A DNA stretch of 64,000 nucleotides from an uncultured SAR86 cluster bacterium (GTDB taxonomy: Bacteria > Pseudomonadota > Gammaproteobacteria > Magnimaribacterales > D2472). Position numbers and translations under genes: made by a program. Shown piece after piece: positions 29,864-40,237 of the stretch. Positions within the stretch are counted from its first letter, which is position 1. Every line of letters starts with the position of its first letter. Below the pieces are notes generated by a model. The model did no database searches and was not told where the DNA came from. It worked only from the letters and a program-made list of their open reading frames with translations. Where the stretch lies: NCBI GenBank assembly GCA_943788515.1, contig CALSQM010000004.1, positions 20,576 to 84,575 of the forward strand, given 5' to 3'.

Positions 29864-32484
29864 TAACTTTTAAGGTTCTGAACCCATTCACCATTATTGT
29901 AAATCGCAGTCCATTTTGTCTTTTTACCATCTTTTTCAGAGGCTAAATAATGAACATCCTCTGATTTGTTATATCTAATAACATAAGGATTTCCATCTCT
30001 ATCTTTTTCTGGAGCTGTAATTAGATATCCATGTTTATCTTTTTCAGGCAAGAATCTACATGCTTCATTTATTTCTCTTGTTAAATGATTTATCTCAGAT
30101 ACTTTAGGAGCTCTGGTTTCTCTATTTTTTGGATATTTACTAGCAGCCAAAAAGAGACCTTTCATACTATCTCTTAACAAGTAATGATCTTCACATTTAA
30201 TGCAAGCCAAATCAGGCATTGTAATTGGCTCCATTGTTAAAGGCTTTGGCTCACCATTTCTTTGAAGTGCTCTTGTTGTTCCACAATTATCATTGAGGCA
30301 TCCAAAATACTTACCAAATCTTCCTGTTTTAAGCTGCATTTCAGAACCACACTTATGGCATTCTAATACTGGACCGTCATAACCCTTGATCTTAAATAGC
30401 CCATCTTCGACCTCATAACCATTACAATCTGGGCTTTTGCCACAAACATGTAATTTTCTATGCTCATCTATCAGATAATTATCCATACTAGTTTCACACT
30501 GAGGACATCTTCTCTTAATCAATAAGTTTTCAGCCTCTTCTTTATCATCCACACTAATAGCCTCATCACCAGAAATAAGATTGACAGTTTTTTTACATTT
30601 GTCGTCACCCTCATTGTCATAACCTGAACAACCTAAGAAAACTCCATTAGAAGAATTTCTTATTACCATTTTATTTTTTGAACAATCTGGGCAGACAATA
30701 TCTGTAGCAGTCGGCTTATTAGATCTCATCCCACCATCTTCAATTGACGCTGAGGCTAAATCATCTTGAAATGCTTTATAAAAATCATCTAAAACATTTT
30801 TCCAATTTAAGTCACCGCTTGCAACCTGATCTAAGTTATTTTCTAGATTAGCAGTGAAATCATAATTCATAATGTCATCAAAGCTTTCAACAAGCCTCTC
30901 TGTAACGATGTGGCCAATCTTTTTTACGAAGAATCTTCTATTTTGAATTTCTACATACCCTCTGTCTTGAATAGTAGAGATAATATTTGCATAAGTTGAA
31001 GGTCTACCAATTCCTTTTTTCTCTAACTCTTTAACTAAGGCTGCTTCAGAAAATCTTGCAGGTGGCTTTGTAAATTTCTGATCTAAGTTTAGTTCTTCTA
31101 AATCAAGACTTCTCGCCTTCTGCATGTGGAGGCAAAATATCATCCTCAGCATCACTATTATTGTTTGATATTTGGTGTAACCATCGAATACGACCTCTCT
31201 GCCTTTGGCTGAAAAATAATATTCGACTACTTCAACTTTTACTGAAGTTGATAAATATTCAGCATCAGGCATTTGGCAAGAAATATATTGCTGCCATATC
31301 AGCCCATAAAGCCTTCTCTCTTCTTCGGTTGATCCTATTAAATCATCTGGGTGCATAAATGCATTTGTTGGTCTTATGGCCTCATGTGCCTCTTGAGCAT
31401 TTTCTGTACTTGAGTAAATTCTTGGAGCATTGGTAAGGTACTTCTCTCCTAACTTATCATTTATATAGTTTCTAGCATCTTGAATAGACTCTTTACTAAG
31501 ACTAGGAGCATCCGTTCTCATATATGTTATGTGCCCTGCCTCATAAAGCTTTTGAGCAACCCTCATTGTTCTTTTTACATTAAAGCTCAGTTTCGTACTT
31601 GCAGCCTGCTGAAGAGTTGATGTTATAAATGGTGCTCTTGGTTTTATTTTTACAGGCTTTTTAGTAATTTCAGAAATTTTTAATTCTGTTGATTCTATTA
31701 AAGATTTTATTTTTTCAGCCTCTTCTTTTTGAAGGAGGGGGTCTGATTTTTTTCTATTGAGTGCGAATGGAATAATGCTATTACCAAATGTCTGTAATTG
31801 CATAGAGACTTCCCAGAACTCTTTTGGAATAAATTCTTGAATAAGTCTTTCTCTTTCATCAAGAACTCTTAATGCAACTGACTGAACTCTTCCAGCCGAA
31901 AGACCTCTTGCAATTTTTTTCCAAAGCAAAGGAGATAACTCAAAACCAATTACTTTATCTAAAAACCTTCTCGCTCTGTATGCTTTAACTAAGTCTAAAT
32001 CAATTTCTTTTGGATCAGCAAACGAATCAATAATTGCTGATTTAGTTATTTGATTGAAACGGACTCTAGAATAATTATATTTTTCTGGGCCCAAGGCTTC
32101 TTTAAGATGCCATGCAATCGCCTCACCTTCTCTATCAAGATCGGTTGCTAAGTAAATATGCTCAACACCTTTAGCTGCTTTTCTTAATGATTTGATAACC
32201 TTTTCTTTTTCAGGAATGATTTGCCAATCAGCGGTCCACCCATTATCTGGATCAATACCCATTCTTCTAATAAGTCTATTTCGATCATTAACTGCTTTTA
32301 ATTTTAGTTTTTCTTCAGGAGAAATATCTTTTGGTATGGAAGCCCTTTTGGATAGTGGTGAGGCTTTTTTTGGTAAATCTCTTATATGTCCAACGCTTGA
32401 TTCAACAATATAATCTTTGCCAAGATATTTAGAAATTGTTTTAGCTTTAGCAGGTGACTCTACGATTACTAGTGATTTTGCCAT
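29863..32484 (-). CDS. topA: DNA topoisomerase I
   Basis: Toprim N-terminus (LVIVESPAKAKTI), the active-site region, FTKPPARFSEAALVKELEKKGIGRPSTYA, and C-terminal zinc-ribbon repeats. The ORF is open, but about 21 codons (31106..31171) appear to be read out of the authentic frame (see findings). Confidence 0.93.
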   Translation of the reverse strand: MAKSLVIVESPAKAKTISKYLGKDYIVESSVGHIRDLPKKASPLSKRASIPKDISPEEKLKLKAVNDRNRLIRRMGIDPDNGWTADWQIIPEKEKVIKSLRKAAKGVEHIYLATDLDREGEAIAWHLKEALGPEKYNYSRVRFNQITKSAIIDSFADPKEIDLDLVKAYRARRFLDKVIGFELSPLLWKKIARGLSAGRVQSVALRVLDERERLIQEFIPKEFWEVSMQLQTFGNSIIPFALNRKKSDPLLQKEEAEKIKSLIESTELKISEITKKPVKIKPRAPFITSTLQQAASTKLSFNVKRTMRVAQKLYEAGHITYMRTDAPSLSKESIQDARNYINDKLGEKYLTNAPRIYSSTENAQEAHEAIRPTNAFMHPDDLIGSTEEERRLYGLIWQQYISCQMPDAEYLSTSVKVEVVEYYFSAKGREVVFDGYTKYQTIIVMLRMIFCLHMQKARSLDLEELNLDQKFTKPPARFSEAALVKELEKKGIGRPSTYANIISTIQDRGYVEIQNRRFFVKKIGHIVTERLVESFDDIMNYDFTANLENNLDQVASGDLNWKNVLDDFYKAFQDDLASASIEDGGMRSNKPTATDIVCPDCSKNKMVIRNSSNGVFLGCSGYDNEGDDKCKKTVNLISGDEAISVDDKEEAENLLIKRRCPQCETSMDNYLIDEHRKLHVCGKSPDCNGYEVEDGLFKIKGYDGPVLECHKCGSEMQLKTGRFGKYFGCLNDNCGTTRALQRNGEPKPLTMEPITMPDLACIKCEDHYLLRDSMKGLFLAASKYPKNRETRAPKVSEINHLTREINEACRFLPEKDKHGYLITAPEKDRDGNPYVIRYNKSEDVHYLASEKDGKKTKWTAIYNNGEWVQNLKS

Positions 32485-32543
32485 AATAAAAATTAGTTCC
32501 TTTATTTACAAATAACATTAATTAAGCCTGTATGACAAGATAT

Positions 32544-32978
32544 TTATAATTCTTTTATAGAACTAGAAATATTTTTAAGCTCCTCTAAACCTGATTTTTC
32601 TTCCCATAAGAAGGCTATCAAACTCTTTGAATAAATAATCTCATGAACATAAAAAGAGAATTTATTTAGCTTAGCTTTTATCTCATCATACTCATCAGAG
32701 TACTTAAGTTTGAGTGGAGAATACAAAATTAATTCATCTTTGTCTCTAATAAAGTGTGCTTCTTTTAAATTTGTTTCATTTTTAAACTGATAACAAACCA
32801 ATGAAAAATCTTTATTTTTAAAAGATTGTGTACTTAATTTAGATGAAACAATCTTAAAACCAAGCTTTGATGCCTCTAGTCTTAAATTAGATATTTCTCT
32901 TGCTGACTTTGATGGGAGCGCAATGCTTACTGTCCCAATTAAGAAAATAATCACAGTAAAAATAATAATTAATTCCAT
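32544..32978 (-). CDS. Hypothetical membrane-anchored protein
   Basis: 144-aa ORF with an N-terminal TM (LIIIFTVIIFLIGTVSIAL). No family recognised. Confidence 0.5.
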   Translation of the reverse strand: MELIIIFTVIIFLIGTVSIALPSKSAREISNLRLEASKLGFKIVSSKLSTQSFKNKDFSLVCYQFKNETNLKEAHFIRDKDELILYSPLKLKYSDEYDEIKAKLNKFSFYVHEIIYSKSLIAFLWEEKSGLEELKNISSSIKEL

Positions 32979-32983
32979 AAAAC

Positions 32984-34000
32984 TTAGTCTTTTAAAATAT
33001 CCTTAACAATCTTTGGCCCTTTTACAATAAAGCCTGAGTAGATTTGCACCAAACCGGCTCCTGCATTAATTTTTTTATTAAAATCTTCGTGGTCCATGAC
33101 CCCACCAACACCGATTAAAGGTATGGAGCTGTCTTCTTTGAAAATAATACTTAGTAGTTTTGTAGATTTATTCATAATGGGCTTCCCAGACAAACCACCC
33201 TCATAATCATGAAAATCTTTATTAGATAGCAATGATTTGTCAATTGATGTGTTAGACACAATTAAACCTGTAAAGCATGATTCATTAATAGTATGAATAA
33301 TTTCAGAAATTGAGTTGCTGTCCTCATCTGGTGAAATTTTTAAAAAGATTGGCTTATCGTATTTACATACTTTAATTTCTTCATCTATTGAATCAATTAG
33401 TTTCTTTAAATTATCTGAATTATGAAGATCTCTTAAGCCAGGCGTATTGGGTGAAGAGATATTGACTGTAATATAATCGGCATAATGATGAACTTTTTGA
33501 AAGCACTCAATATAATCATCTATTCTTTTTTGTCCTTGTGAGGTTTTATTTGCACCTATATTTACCCCCACTACACCTTGGAATTTTCTCTTTTGAAGCC
33601 TTTTAACTAAGTAGTCAACTCCTTTATTATTAAATCCAAGTCTATTAATAATAGCTTCTTCATCAAATACTCTAAATACTCTTGGCTTTGGATTACCAAT
33701 TTGTGCTTTTGGAGTAACAGTACCTACCTCCAGAAATCCAAAACCTAGGGCACCTATAGGGTCAATAAAATCTCCATTTTTATCAAGCCCTGCTGCAGTT
33801 CCAAGTCTATTTGAAAATGTCATTCCTAAAAAACTAAATTCTTGATTTTTAAATCTTGGAAAAAAAATATTTACTAATTTAAGTTTATAAAGAAGCTTTA
33901 AAGAGTATAAAGCAAGCGAATGTGAAAGCTCAGGAGGAAAAAGTTTAAAAATTGATAAAAGAAGCTCAAAGTTAAAAATATTTTTTAAGAGCATTTGCAA
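32984..34000 (-). CDS. pyrD: Dihydroorotate dehydrogenase (quinone), class 2
   Basis: GTAAGLDKNG, GFLEVGTVTP and NISSPNTPGLR motifs. The true start may be Met3 (33994). Confidence 0.92.
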   Translation of the reverse strand: MQMLLKNIFNFELLLSIFKLFPPELSHSLALYSLKLLYKLKLVNIFFPRFKNQEFSFLGMTFSNRLGTAAGLDKNGDFIDPIGALGFGFLEVGTVTPKAQIGNPKPRVFRVFDEEAIINRLGFNNKGVDYLVKRLQKRKFQGVVGVNIGANKTSQGQKRIDDYIECFQKVHHYADYITVNISSPNTPGLRDLHNSDNLKKLIDSIDEEIKVCKYDKPIFLKISPDEDSNSISEIIHTINESCFTGLIVSNTSIDKSLLSNKDFHDYEGGLSGKPIMNKSTKLLSIIFKEDSSIPLIGVGGVMDHEDFNKKINAGAGLVQIYSGFIVKGPKIVKDILKD

Positions 34001-34822
34001 TATCTTGATCCTGAAGGCCCATAAAAACAGTTGCTTCTACATAACCAGATTTGCTGCCACAATCAAACTTATTACCATAATATTCACATGCAGATATCTT
34101 ATGATCTGAAGCATTAACTGAATTGCATCAGTCAACTGAATCTCATTAGATTTATCTTCTTTAACCTGTTCTAAATAATCGAAAATAATACTATCGAATA
34201 TATATCTACCAACAACAGCTAAGTCCGATGGCGCTTTATCTGGACTGGGTTTTTCAACAATATTTTGTATGAATAAATTTTTACCAACTGTATTTGGTTC
34301 AATTACGCCATACTTTGAATATTTCTCTTTTTCCACGCGGTTTACACCAATAACAGAAGTATTATTTTCATAATAAACTTCACTTAATTGCTGAAGACAG
34401 CTTTTATCAGAAATTATCAAATCATCTGCAAGCAAGATAGCAAATGGCTCATCATTGATTAAATGTGATGCATGTGCAACTGCATCACCCAAGCCTTTTT
34501 GTGATTTTTGTCTAACATAAGTAAATCTTATATTTTTAAACTTATCAGGATTTATTAAGGGTATATATTGTCTTTTATTATTCTTATCCAATTTTTCTTC
34601 AAGTTCGAAATTGCTATCAAAATGATTTTCAATTGCAACCTTAGTATGACTGGTAATAAAAATGATCTCTTCAATGCCTGCATCAACTGCCTCTTCAACT
34701 GCATACTCAATAAGTGGCTTGTCTATAATAGGTAGCATTTCTTTTGGTATTGCCTTTGTTGCAGGTAAAAACCTTGTTCCAAAACCTGCTACTGGCAAAA
34801 CTGCTTTTTTAATTTTTTTCAT
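33972..34822 (-). pseudogene. galU: UTP-glucose-1-phosphate uridylyltransferase with a frameshift near the C-terminus
   Basis: KAVLPVAGFGTRFLPATKAIPKEMLP at the N-terminus. After ...EIQLTDAIQLMLQ the track ORF (34037..34822) reads junk (IIRYLHVNIMVISLIVAANLVM). The adjacent frame reads DHKISACEYYGNKFDCGSKSGYVEATVFMGL...KKYF*, which matches the GalU C-terminus (..DCG.K.GY..A) and ends at 33972. Confidence 0.8.
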
Positions 34823-34826
34823 AATT

Positions 34827-35447
34827 TTATTTTATCACTGTTGTCCATTTAGTTGCCATGCCAAATATAATGCCGCCAATTAAACCTCCAAGGTGTGCAT
34901 AATTTGCGATGCTGCCGAACCCAAATAAAGTCAAAATCCCTAGAAAACCTAAAACCATCCACACAATCATGAATAAATATATTGCTGGTGGTAATCCATA
35001 TCTTTCATTTTTTGTCTCTAATTCAACAACCATACAGAAACCAAACATCCCATATACAACCCCAGATAATCCACCAAAAAGAAAGGATTCTGTAAAAATA
35101 TATTGGGAATAGTTAGCAAATAGCGATGAAAATATCACTAACAAGATGAACTTGATATGACCATCAAGTAATTCAATTTTTGAACCAAGCACATATATCC
35201 ATAAACAGTTAAATGCAAGATGTGCAAAAGAAAAATGAACAAACATTGGTGTTAATAATCTCCACCATTGGCTTTCTTCAAAAAAAGTTTTCTCGAAAGA
35301 AAGGAAATTTATATATCCATTTGATGCAATATTAGGCTTTAGAAAAGTTAAAAAATCAATTACGCCAGAATATCTTCCAAAACCAGAAATTAAGGCTATT
35401 CCAATAGAAATTAATATTATAAGTATATGAAAGTTTTTGATGTTCAA
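34827..35447 (-). CDS. Rhomboid-family intramembrane serine protease
   Basis: Multi-TM protein with a WRLLTPMFVHFSFAHL motif, catalytic GLSGVVYG, and HLGGLIGG. Confidence 0.85.
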   Translation of the reverse strand: MNIKNFHILIILISIGIALISGFGRYSGVIDFLTFLKPNIASNGYINFLSFEKTFFEESQWWRLLTPMFVHFSFAHLAFNCLWIYVLGSKIELLDGHIKFILLVIFSSLFANYSQYIFTESFLFGGLSGVVYGMFGFCMVVELETKNERYGLPPAIYLFMIVWMVLGFLGILTLFGFGSIANYAHLGGLIGGIIFGMATKWTTVIK

Positions 35448-35456
35448 TGCTGGTAC

Positions 35457-36323
35457 TTATATATTATTAGATATATCGAGGCTCCATCCTAACTTTTCTC
35501 TGCATGCTTCAAAAAAATCATTTTTCTTTGGATGAACTAATTTAAGTGTATTACCCATCTTTGATATTGTGATATTTTCTAAAAAAGGCACTTTGGTATC
35601 ATCTTGACCATCTGCACAAATTTTTGCTGATTCTAATGGTCCTCTAAGAATTTCAATAGAAACATTTTCAGATGAAGATATTACAAATGGTCTAGAAGAG
35701 ATACTTTGAGGAAGCATTGGTAATATTGTCCAAACATCCAAACTTGGATGAATGATAGGGCCCCCTGCAGATAAGGCATATGCAGTTGATCCAGTTGGAG
35801 TAGCTATTATTAGACCATCTGATCTTTGCTCATAAACAACTTTATCATTTACGCTTAACCTGTATCTCATAAGTTGAGCATATGCTCCTGAATGAATAAC
35901 TATTTCGTTTAAACCATATACAGTCTGATTTGAAAAACTTGCGCTTACTAAGTTTCTGTCTTCAATTACATAGTCTCCTGATAGAATTTCTTTTATTGAG
36001 TTTTTAAAATTATTAACTTTAACATCAGTTAAAAAACCAACATTACCCATATTGACTCCAAGAATAGGAATATTAAATTCTAAAAATTTTCTTGCTGAGC
36101 CAAGCAAGGTTCCGTCACCACCAAAAACTATTAATAAATCAATTTTTTCAACAAACTCTTTGTCTGAAAGTTGCTTAAGTTTAGAGTGACTATAATCAGA
36201 TGAAATCTCTATAAATATATCCTTTGAATGACTACATAGATCGTTAATTAAAGGATCCAGAGCATGGCTATCTATGCCCTCATAAGCTTTTTCTTTAACG
36301 TAAATTCCAATCTTTTTAAACAT
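35457..36323 (-). CDS. nadK: NAD kinase
   Basis: GGDGTLL motif and the NAD-kinase C-terminal domain (TPTGSTAYALSAGGPI). The start is probably Met11 of the track ORF (MFKKIGIY). Confidence 0.9.
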   Translation of the reverse strand: MFKKIGIYVKEKAYEGIDSHALDPLINDLCSHSKDIFIEISSDYSHSKLKQLSDKEFVEKIDLLIVFGGDGTLLGSARKFLEFNIPILGVNMGNVGFLTDVKVNNFKNSIKEILSGDYVIEDRNLVSASFSNQTVYGLNEIVIHSGAYAQLMRYRLSVNDKVVYEQRSDGLIIATPTGSTAYALSAGGPIIHPSLDVWTILPMLPQSISSRPFVISSSENVSIEILRGPLESAKICADGQDDTKVPFLENITISKMGNTLKLVHPKKNDFFEACREKLGWSLDISNNI

Positions 36324-36433
36324 TGAGTGATTATACTCTGCAAAAAAACCCAATGTATGTTTTTTTTAAAGGATGAAATAATACTTTTTCTCCTTATAAT
36401 GAGATTCAAAAGTTTTTAATATGGGAAAGTAAT

Positions 36434-37624
36434 ATGACTCAAATGGATAAATTTAGAGAAGAGACAAAGCAGTGGTTAGATGATAATTGCCCAGCCTCAA
36501 TGAGAGCTGGTGCGGATCCTGAAACACCCCTAGACGAAGTTTGGGGAGGACGAAAAGCTGTATATAAAAATCCTGAATCAAAAATTTGGCTAGATAGAAT
36601 GGGTGAAAAAGGATGGACTATGCCAACAGTACCATCTGAGTATGGCGGTGGCGGGCTTTCTAAAGAAGAGGTAAAAGTTCTTAACGAGGAAATGTTTGCT
36701 ATAGGTGCAAAGACTCCATTGCTAAGTTTTGGTATATGGATGTTAGCACCAGTTTTATTAGAATATGGATCTGAAGAACAGAAGAAAGAACATCTTCCAA
36801 AAATTATTAAGGGTGAAATAAGGTGGTGTCAAGGATATTCGGAGCCTGGATCAGGATCTGATTTAGCAAGTTTAGCCACAAAAGCTGAAGATATTGGTGA
36901 ACATTTTATGGTTAATGGTCAAAAAGTATGGACTTCTTATGCAGATAAAGCAGATTGGATTTTTGCTTTGGTGAGAACTGGTCCAAAAGAACCAAAGCAT
37001 GATGGAATTAGTTTTTTGTTAATTGATATGGAAACAAATGGCGTCTCAACCAAACCAATTACTTTAATATCAGGCAAGTCACCATTTTGTGAAACATTTT
37101 TTGATGATGTAAAGGTACCAAAATCAAATTTAATAGGTCAATTAAATGCTGGTTGGGCTATAGCTAAAGCACTGCTTCAGCATGAAAGAGCATTTATTTC
37201 AAACTTTGGGCTTGCAGCAGCAGTAGGAAGCAAGAAAGATTTAGTGTCTATCGCTAAAAAGCATATCGGGGAAGAAAACGGAAAAATTAGTAATGGATTT
37301 TATAGATCTGAAATCGCTTCTCATAAAATTAAAGAGCATGCATTTGGACTTACTCTGCAAAGAGCAGGAGATGAAGGTGGTAAAGCTAGTGCTACTGCAT
37401 CTATGTTTAAATTGTATGGAACAGAGCATAACAAAAAACGCCACGAATTAATGATAGCGGCAATGGGAACTGATGGAGTTGCATGGGACGGTGATGAGTT
37501 TGATGATTCTGATAAGAACCTTACAAGATCATGGCTTAGAACAAAGGGCAATTCTTTAGAAGGTGGAACTTCTGAGGTGCAATTAAATGTTATATCTAAA
37601 AGAGTATTGGGTCTTCCGAGTTAA
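36434..37624 (+). CDS. Acyl-CoA dehydrogenase family protein
   Basis: ACAD motifs: WCQGYSEPGSGSDLASL, the middle beta-domain, and C-terminal LEGGTSEVQLNVISKRVLG. Confidence 0.88.
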   Translation: MTQMDKFREETKQWLDDNCPASMRAGADPETPLDEVWGGRKAVYKNPESKIWLDRMGEKGWTMPTVPSEYGGGGLSKEEVKVLNEEMFAIGAKTPLLSFGIWMLAPVLLEYGSEEQKKEHLPKIIKGEIRWCQGYSEPGSGSDLASLATKAEDIGEHFMVNGQKVWTSYADKADWIFALVRTGPKEPKHDGISFLLIDMETNGVSTKPITLISGKSPFCETFFDDVKVPKSNLIGQLNAGWAIAKALLQHERAFISNFGLAAAVGSKKDLVSIAKKHIGEENGKISNGFYRSEIASHKIKEHAFGLTLQRAGDEGGKASATASMFKLYGTEHNKKRHELMIAAMGTDGVAWDGDEFDDSDKNLTRSWLRTKGNSLEGGTSEVQLNVISKRVLGLPS

Positions 37625-37649
37625 TAACAATATATACTGGCAATCGTAA

Positions 37650-38789
37650 ATGAAATTAATACTAAATGAAGAACAGCAATTCCTAAAAGATACAGCAAAA
37701 AACTTTGCAGAGGAGAGGACTCCAGTAAATCACTTTAGATCTCTAAGAGATAATAAAGATAGTTTGTTATGGGATAAGGACACTTGGAAAGAAATGGTGA
37801 ATCTAGGGTGGGCTGGTATTCTTATTCCTGAAGAATATGGTGGTTCAAACTTTGGTTTGGCTGGTATAAGCGTAATACTTCAAGAGTGTGGCAAGACTCT
37901 AACACCCTCACCCCTTTTTGCGACTGGTGTTCTTGGCGCATATGCTATCTCTGAGTATGGAACTGAAGATCAAAAGAAGAAATATCTACCTCAAATTGCA
38001 AATGGAGAAATTACTACAGCAGTTGCTATTGACGAAAGTAGCCATCATGATCCATTAAAAACAAATATGCCAGCTGATTTAAAAAATGACAGCTATATTT
38101 TAAATGGTAAAAAAGTATTTGTTGTCGATGGAGCAAGTGCTGACCTTCTCATAGTAGTAGCGAGAACATCTGGAGAAATTGGAGATAGCACTGGACTAAC
38201 ATTATTTCTTGTCGAAAATAATCAACCAGGTATTGATGTAATTAAATTAGATATGGCTGATTCAAGAAACTATGCAAATATTTCTTTCTCAGATTTAAGT
38301 GTACAAAAAGAAAATATTCTTGGAGATGCTGAGGCTGGTGGCGAGGCGATTGAAAATATCCTTGATATCGGAAGAATAGCTATTTCAGCAGAGATGCTTG
38401 GCAATACTGAAGCTGCGTTTGAATCAACAATTAACTACCTTAAAGAAAGAAAACAATTTGGTGTATTGATTGGGACCTTCCAGGCACTACAACATAGAGC
38501 AGCTGAAATGTTTTGTGAAATAGAACTTACAAAATCTTCGATTATGGCTGCAATGCAAGGTGCTGATGATAATTCTAATGAACTTCAAAGACTAGCCAGT
38601 TTGGCTAAAACCATGGCTGGAGAAACTCTTCATCTTGTTTCTAATGAAGCTATTCAAATGCATGGTGGTATTGGGGTAACGGATGAATACGACCTTGGTT
38701 TTTATCTTAAAAGAGCTAGAGTCGTGGAGCAAATCTTTGGATGTTCAAAGTTTCATACCGAGAGGTATGCAAATATAAGCGGTTTCTAG
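37650..38789 (+). CDS. Acyl-CoA dehydrogenase family protein
   Basis: ACAD fold (RKQFGVLIGTFQALQHRAAEM, IQMHGGIGVTDEY). Confidence 0.88.
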   Translation: MKLILNEEQQFLKDTAKNFAEERTPVNHFRSLRDNKDSLLWDKDTWKEMVNLGWAGILIPEEYGGSNFGLAGISVILQECGKTLTPSPLFATGVLGAYAISEYGTEDQKKKYLPQIANGEITTAVAIDESSHHDPLKTNMPADLKNDSYILNGKKVFVVDGASADLLIVVARTSGEIGDSTGLTLFLVENNQPGIDVIKLDMADSRNYANISFSDLSVQKENILGDAEAGGEAIENILDIGRIAISAEMLGNTEAAFESTINYLKERKQFGVLIGTFQALQHRAAEMFCEIELTKSSIMAAMQGADDNSNELQRLASLAKTMAGETLHLVSNEAIQMHGGIGVTDEYDLGFYLKRARVVEQIFGCSKFHTERYANISGF

Positions 38790-38799
38790 AATAGCCTTT

Positions 38800-39684
38800 A
38801 TGCATGCATTAAAAACTAATTTTGTTGGAATAATAACTTGTGTATTAATAATAGTAGAACTAATAGTTGGGTTTGGAACTTTATTTTTAGTTAATATCCC
38901 AAGAGCCTTTTTTCCTAAAGAATCCTTTAAAAAATATATTAGTAAAATCTCAAATAAAATAGGTGATTTAACCGTATATGGATTAAAAATAATTCTGCTT
39001 TTGATGCATGGCAATACCATAAAAGTCTTTGATGAAAATAAGTTTGATAGAAAAGCATGGTACATGGCTATGTCCAACCACCAATCATGGGCGGATATAT
39101 TTGTGCTATTAGTTGCAGCTCATAAAAGAATACCGCTTCTAAAATTTTTTATGAAAAAAGAATTGAGATGGATACCTTTTATATATTTAGCAAACAAAAC
39201 TCTTAATATGCCTTTCGTCAATAGGCATTCAAAAAAAGAAATAGAATTAAACCCAAGTCTTAGACTTAAAGATTATCAAAACACTGTTGAGGCATGTAAA
39301 AGATTTATGAGATCGCCCTCAACAATATTTAGTTATGCAGAGGGTACTAGGAACGATTCAATAAAACATAAAAGTCAAAATTCACCATACAACAACCTTC
39401 TAATCCCAAGAGTTGGAGGAATGGCTACTGCTTTATCTGCAATGCCAGAAATAGAAACCTTAATAGATTACTCAGTAGTATATAAATCTGATAAAAGAGA
39501 TGCATGGTCTTTTTTAAAAGGAGAAATGAGAGACGTTAAAATCCTTGTAAAAGAACATAAAATCCCTAAACATTTAAAAAATAAAGATTATTCAGAAGAT
39601 AAAGTCTACAGAGATAACTTTAAAACATGGATTGAAGAAATTTGGGTTGAGAAAGATAAAAATATGGATAATTTAAAGTTTTAA
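38800..39684 (+). CDS. Lysophospholipid/glycerolipid acyltransferase family protein (PlsC-like)
   Basis: N-terminal TM, the HX4D motif (NHQSWADIF) and YAEGTR. Confidence 0.75.
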   Translation: MHALKTNFVGIITCVLIIVELIVGFGTLFLVNIPRAFFPKESFKKYISKISNKIGDLTVYGLKIILLLMHGNTIKVFDENKFDRKAWYMAMSNHQSWADIFVLLVAAHKRIPLLKFFMKKELRWIPFIYLANKTLNMPFVNRHSKKEIELNPSLRLKDYQNTVEACKRFMRSPSTIFSYAEGTRNDSIKHKSQNSPYNNLLIPRVGGMATALSAMPEIETLIDYSVVYKSDKRDAWSFLKGEMRDVKILVKEHKIPKHLKNKDYSEDKVYRDNFKTWIEEIWVEKDKNMDNLKF

Positions 39685-40173
39685 CTCTTTCTGCGATATA
39701 ACCCAGCCATTAGAATCTATATAAATCCATGATCCTGGGTTTATTTTAGTATCTCCAAATTTAAATGGGATATTTGTTTTTCCAATTCCTACACTTTTAT
39801 TTGTTTTTTTTGGATAAGAGTTTTTTGCACAGACACCAATATTGATATTTTTAATAATTTCAATGTCCCTTACGCATCCATTTACAAATATGCCATTCCA
39901 GTTATTTTCATATGCTGTTTGTGCAATTTGATCGCCAACCATTGAGCACAAATCCTCGCCAGTATAATTTATAACTAGAACTTTGTTTGATCCATCCTCT
40001 TGAACAATTTCTTTTACAACACTGTTGCTATGCTCACATTCTGCTGTAACTATTTCTCCATAAAATTTTTCTAGCCCACCATAAGACTTTAAAAAAACAT
40101 TACCGATAGAAATATTATTTTCATATAAGTCGCATATATCAGGTACTGTGAAATGCTTAAATTTTCGATTCAT
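39673..40173 (-). CDS. rraA: RraA-family protein (ribonuclease E regulator / HMG-CHA aldolase-like)
   Basis: VPDICDLY start, then ...FYGEIVTAECEHSNS...VLVINYTGE...MVGDQIAQTAYENNWNGIFVNGCVRD, collinear with RraA. Confidence 0.8.
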   Translation of the reverse strand: MNRKFKHFTVPDICDLYENNISIGNVFLKSYGGLEKFYGEIVTAECEHSNSVVKEIVQEDGSNKVLVINYTGEDLCSMVGDQIAQTAYENNWNGIFVNGCVRDIEIIKNINIGVCAKNSYPKKTNKSVGIGKTNIPFKFGDTKINPGSWIYIDSNGWVISQKELKL

Positions 40174-40237
40174 AGTATTTAGTATAAAAACTAAAATCTA
40201 TTATAGAATATATTTAACGGTAAAAAATTTTAAGAAT

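Noticed and set aside
38745-39077. A 110-aa minus-strand ORF across the junction of an acyl-CoA dehydrogenase gene and the acyltransferase gene.
   Set aside because: It lies antisense to two well-supported genes and has no recognisable features.
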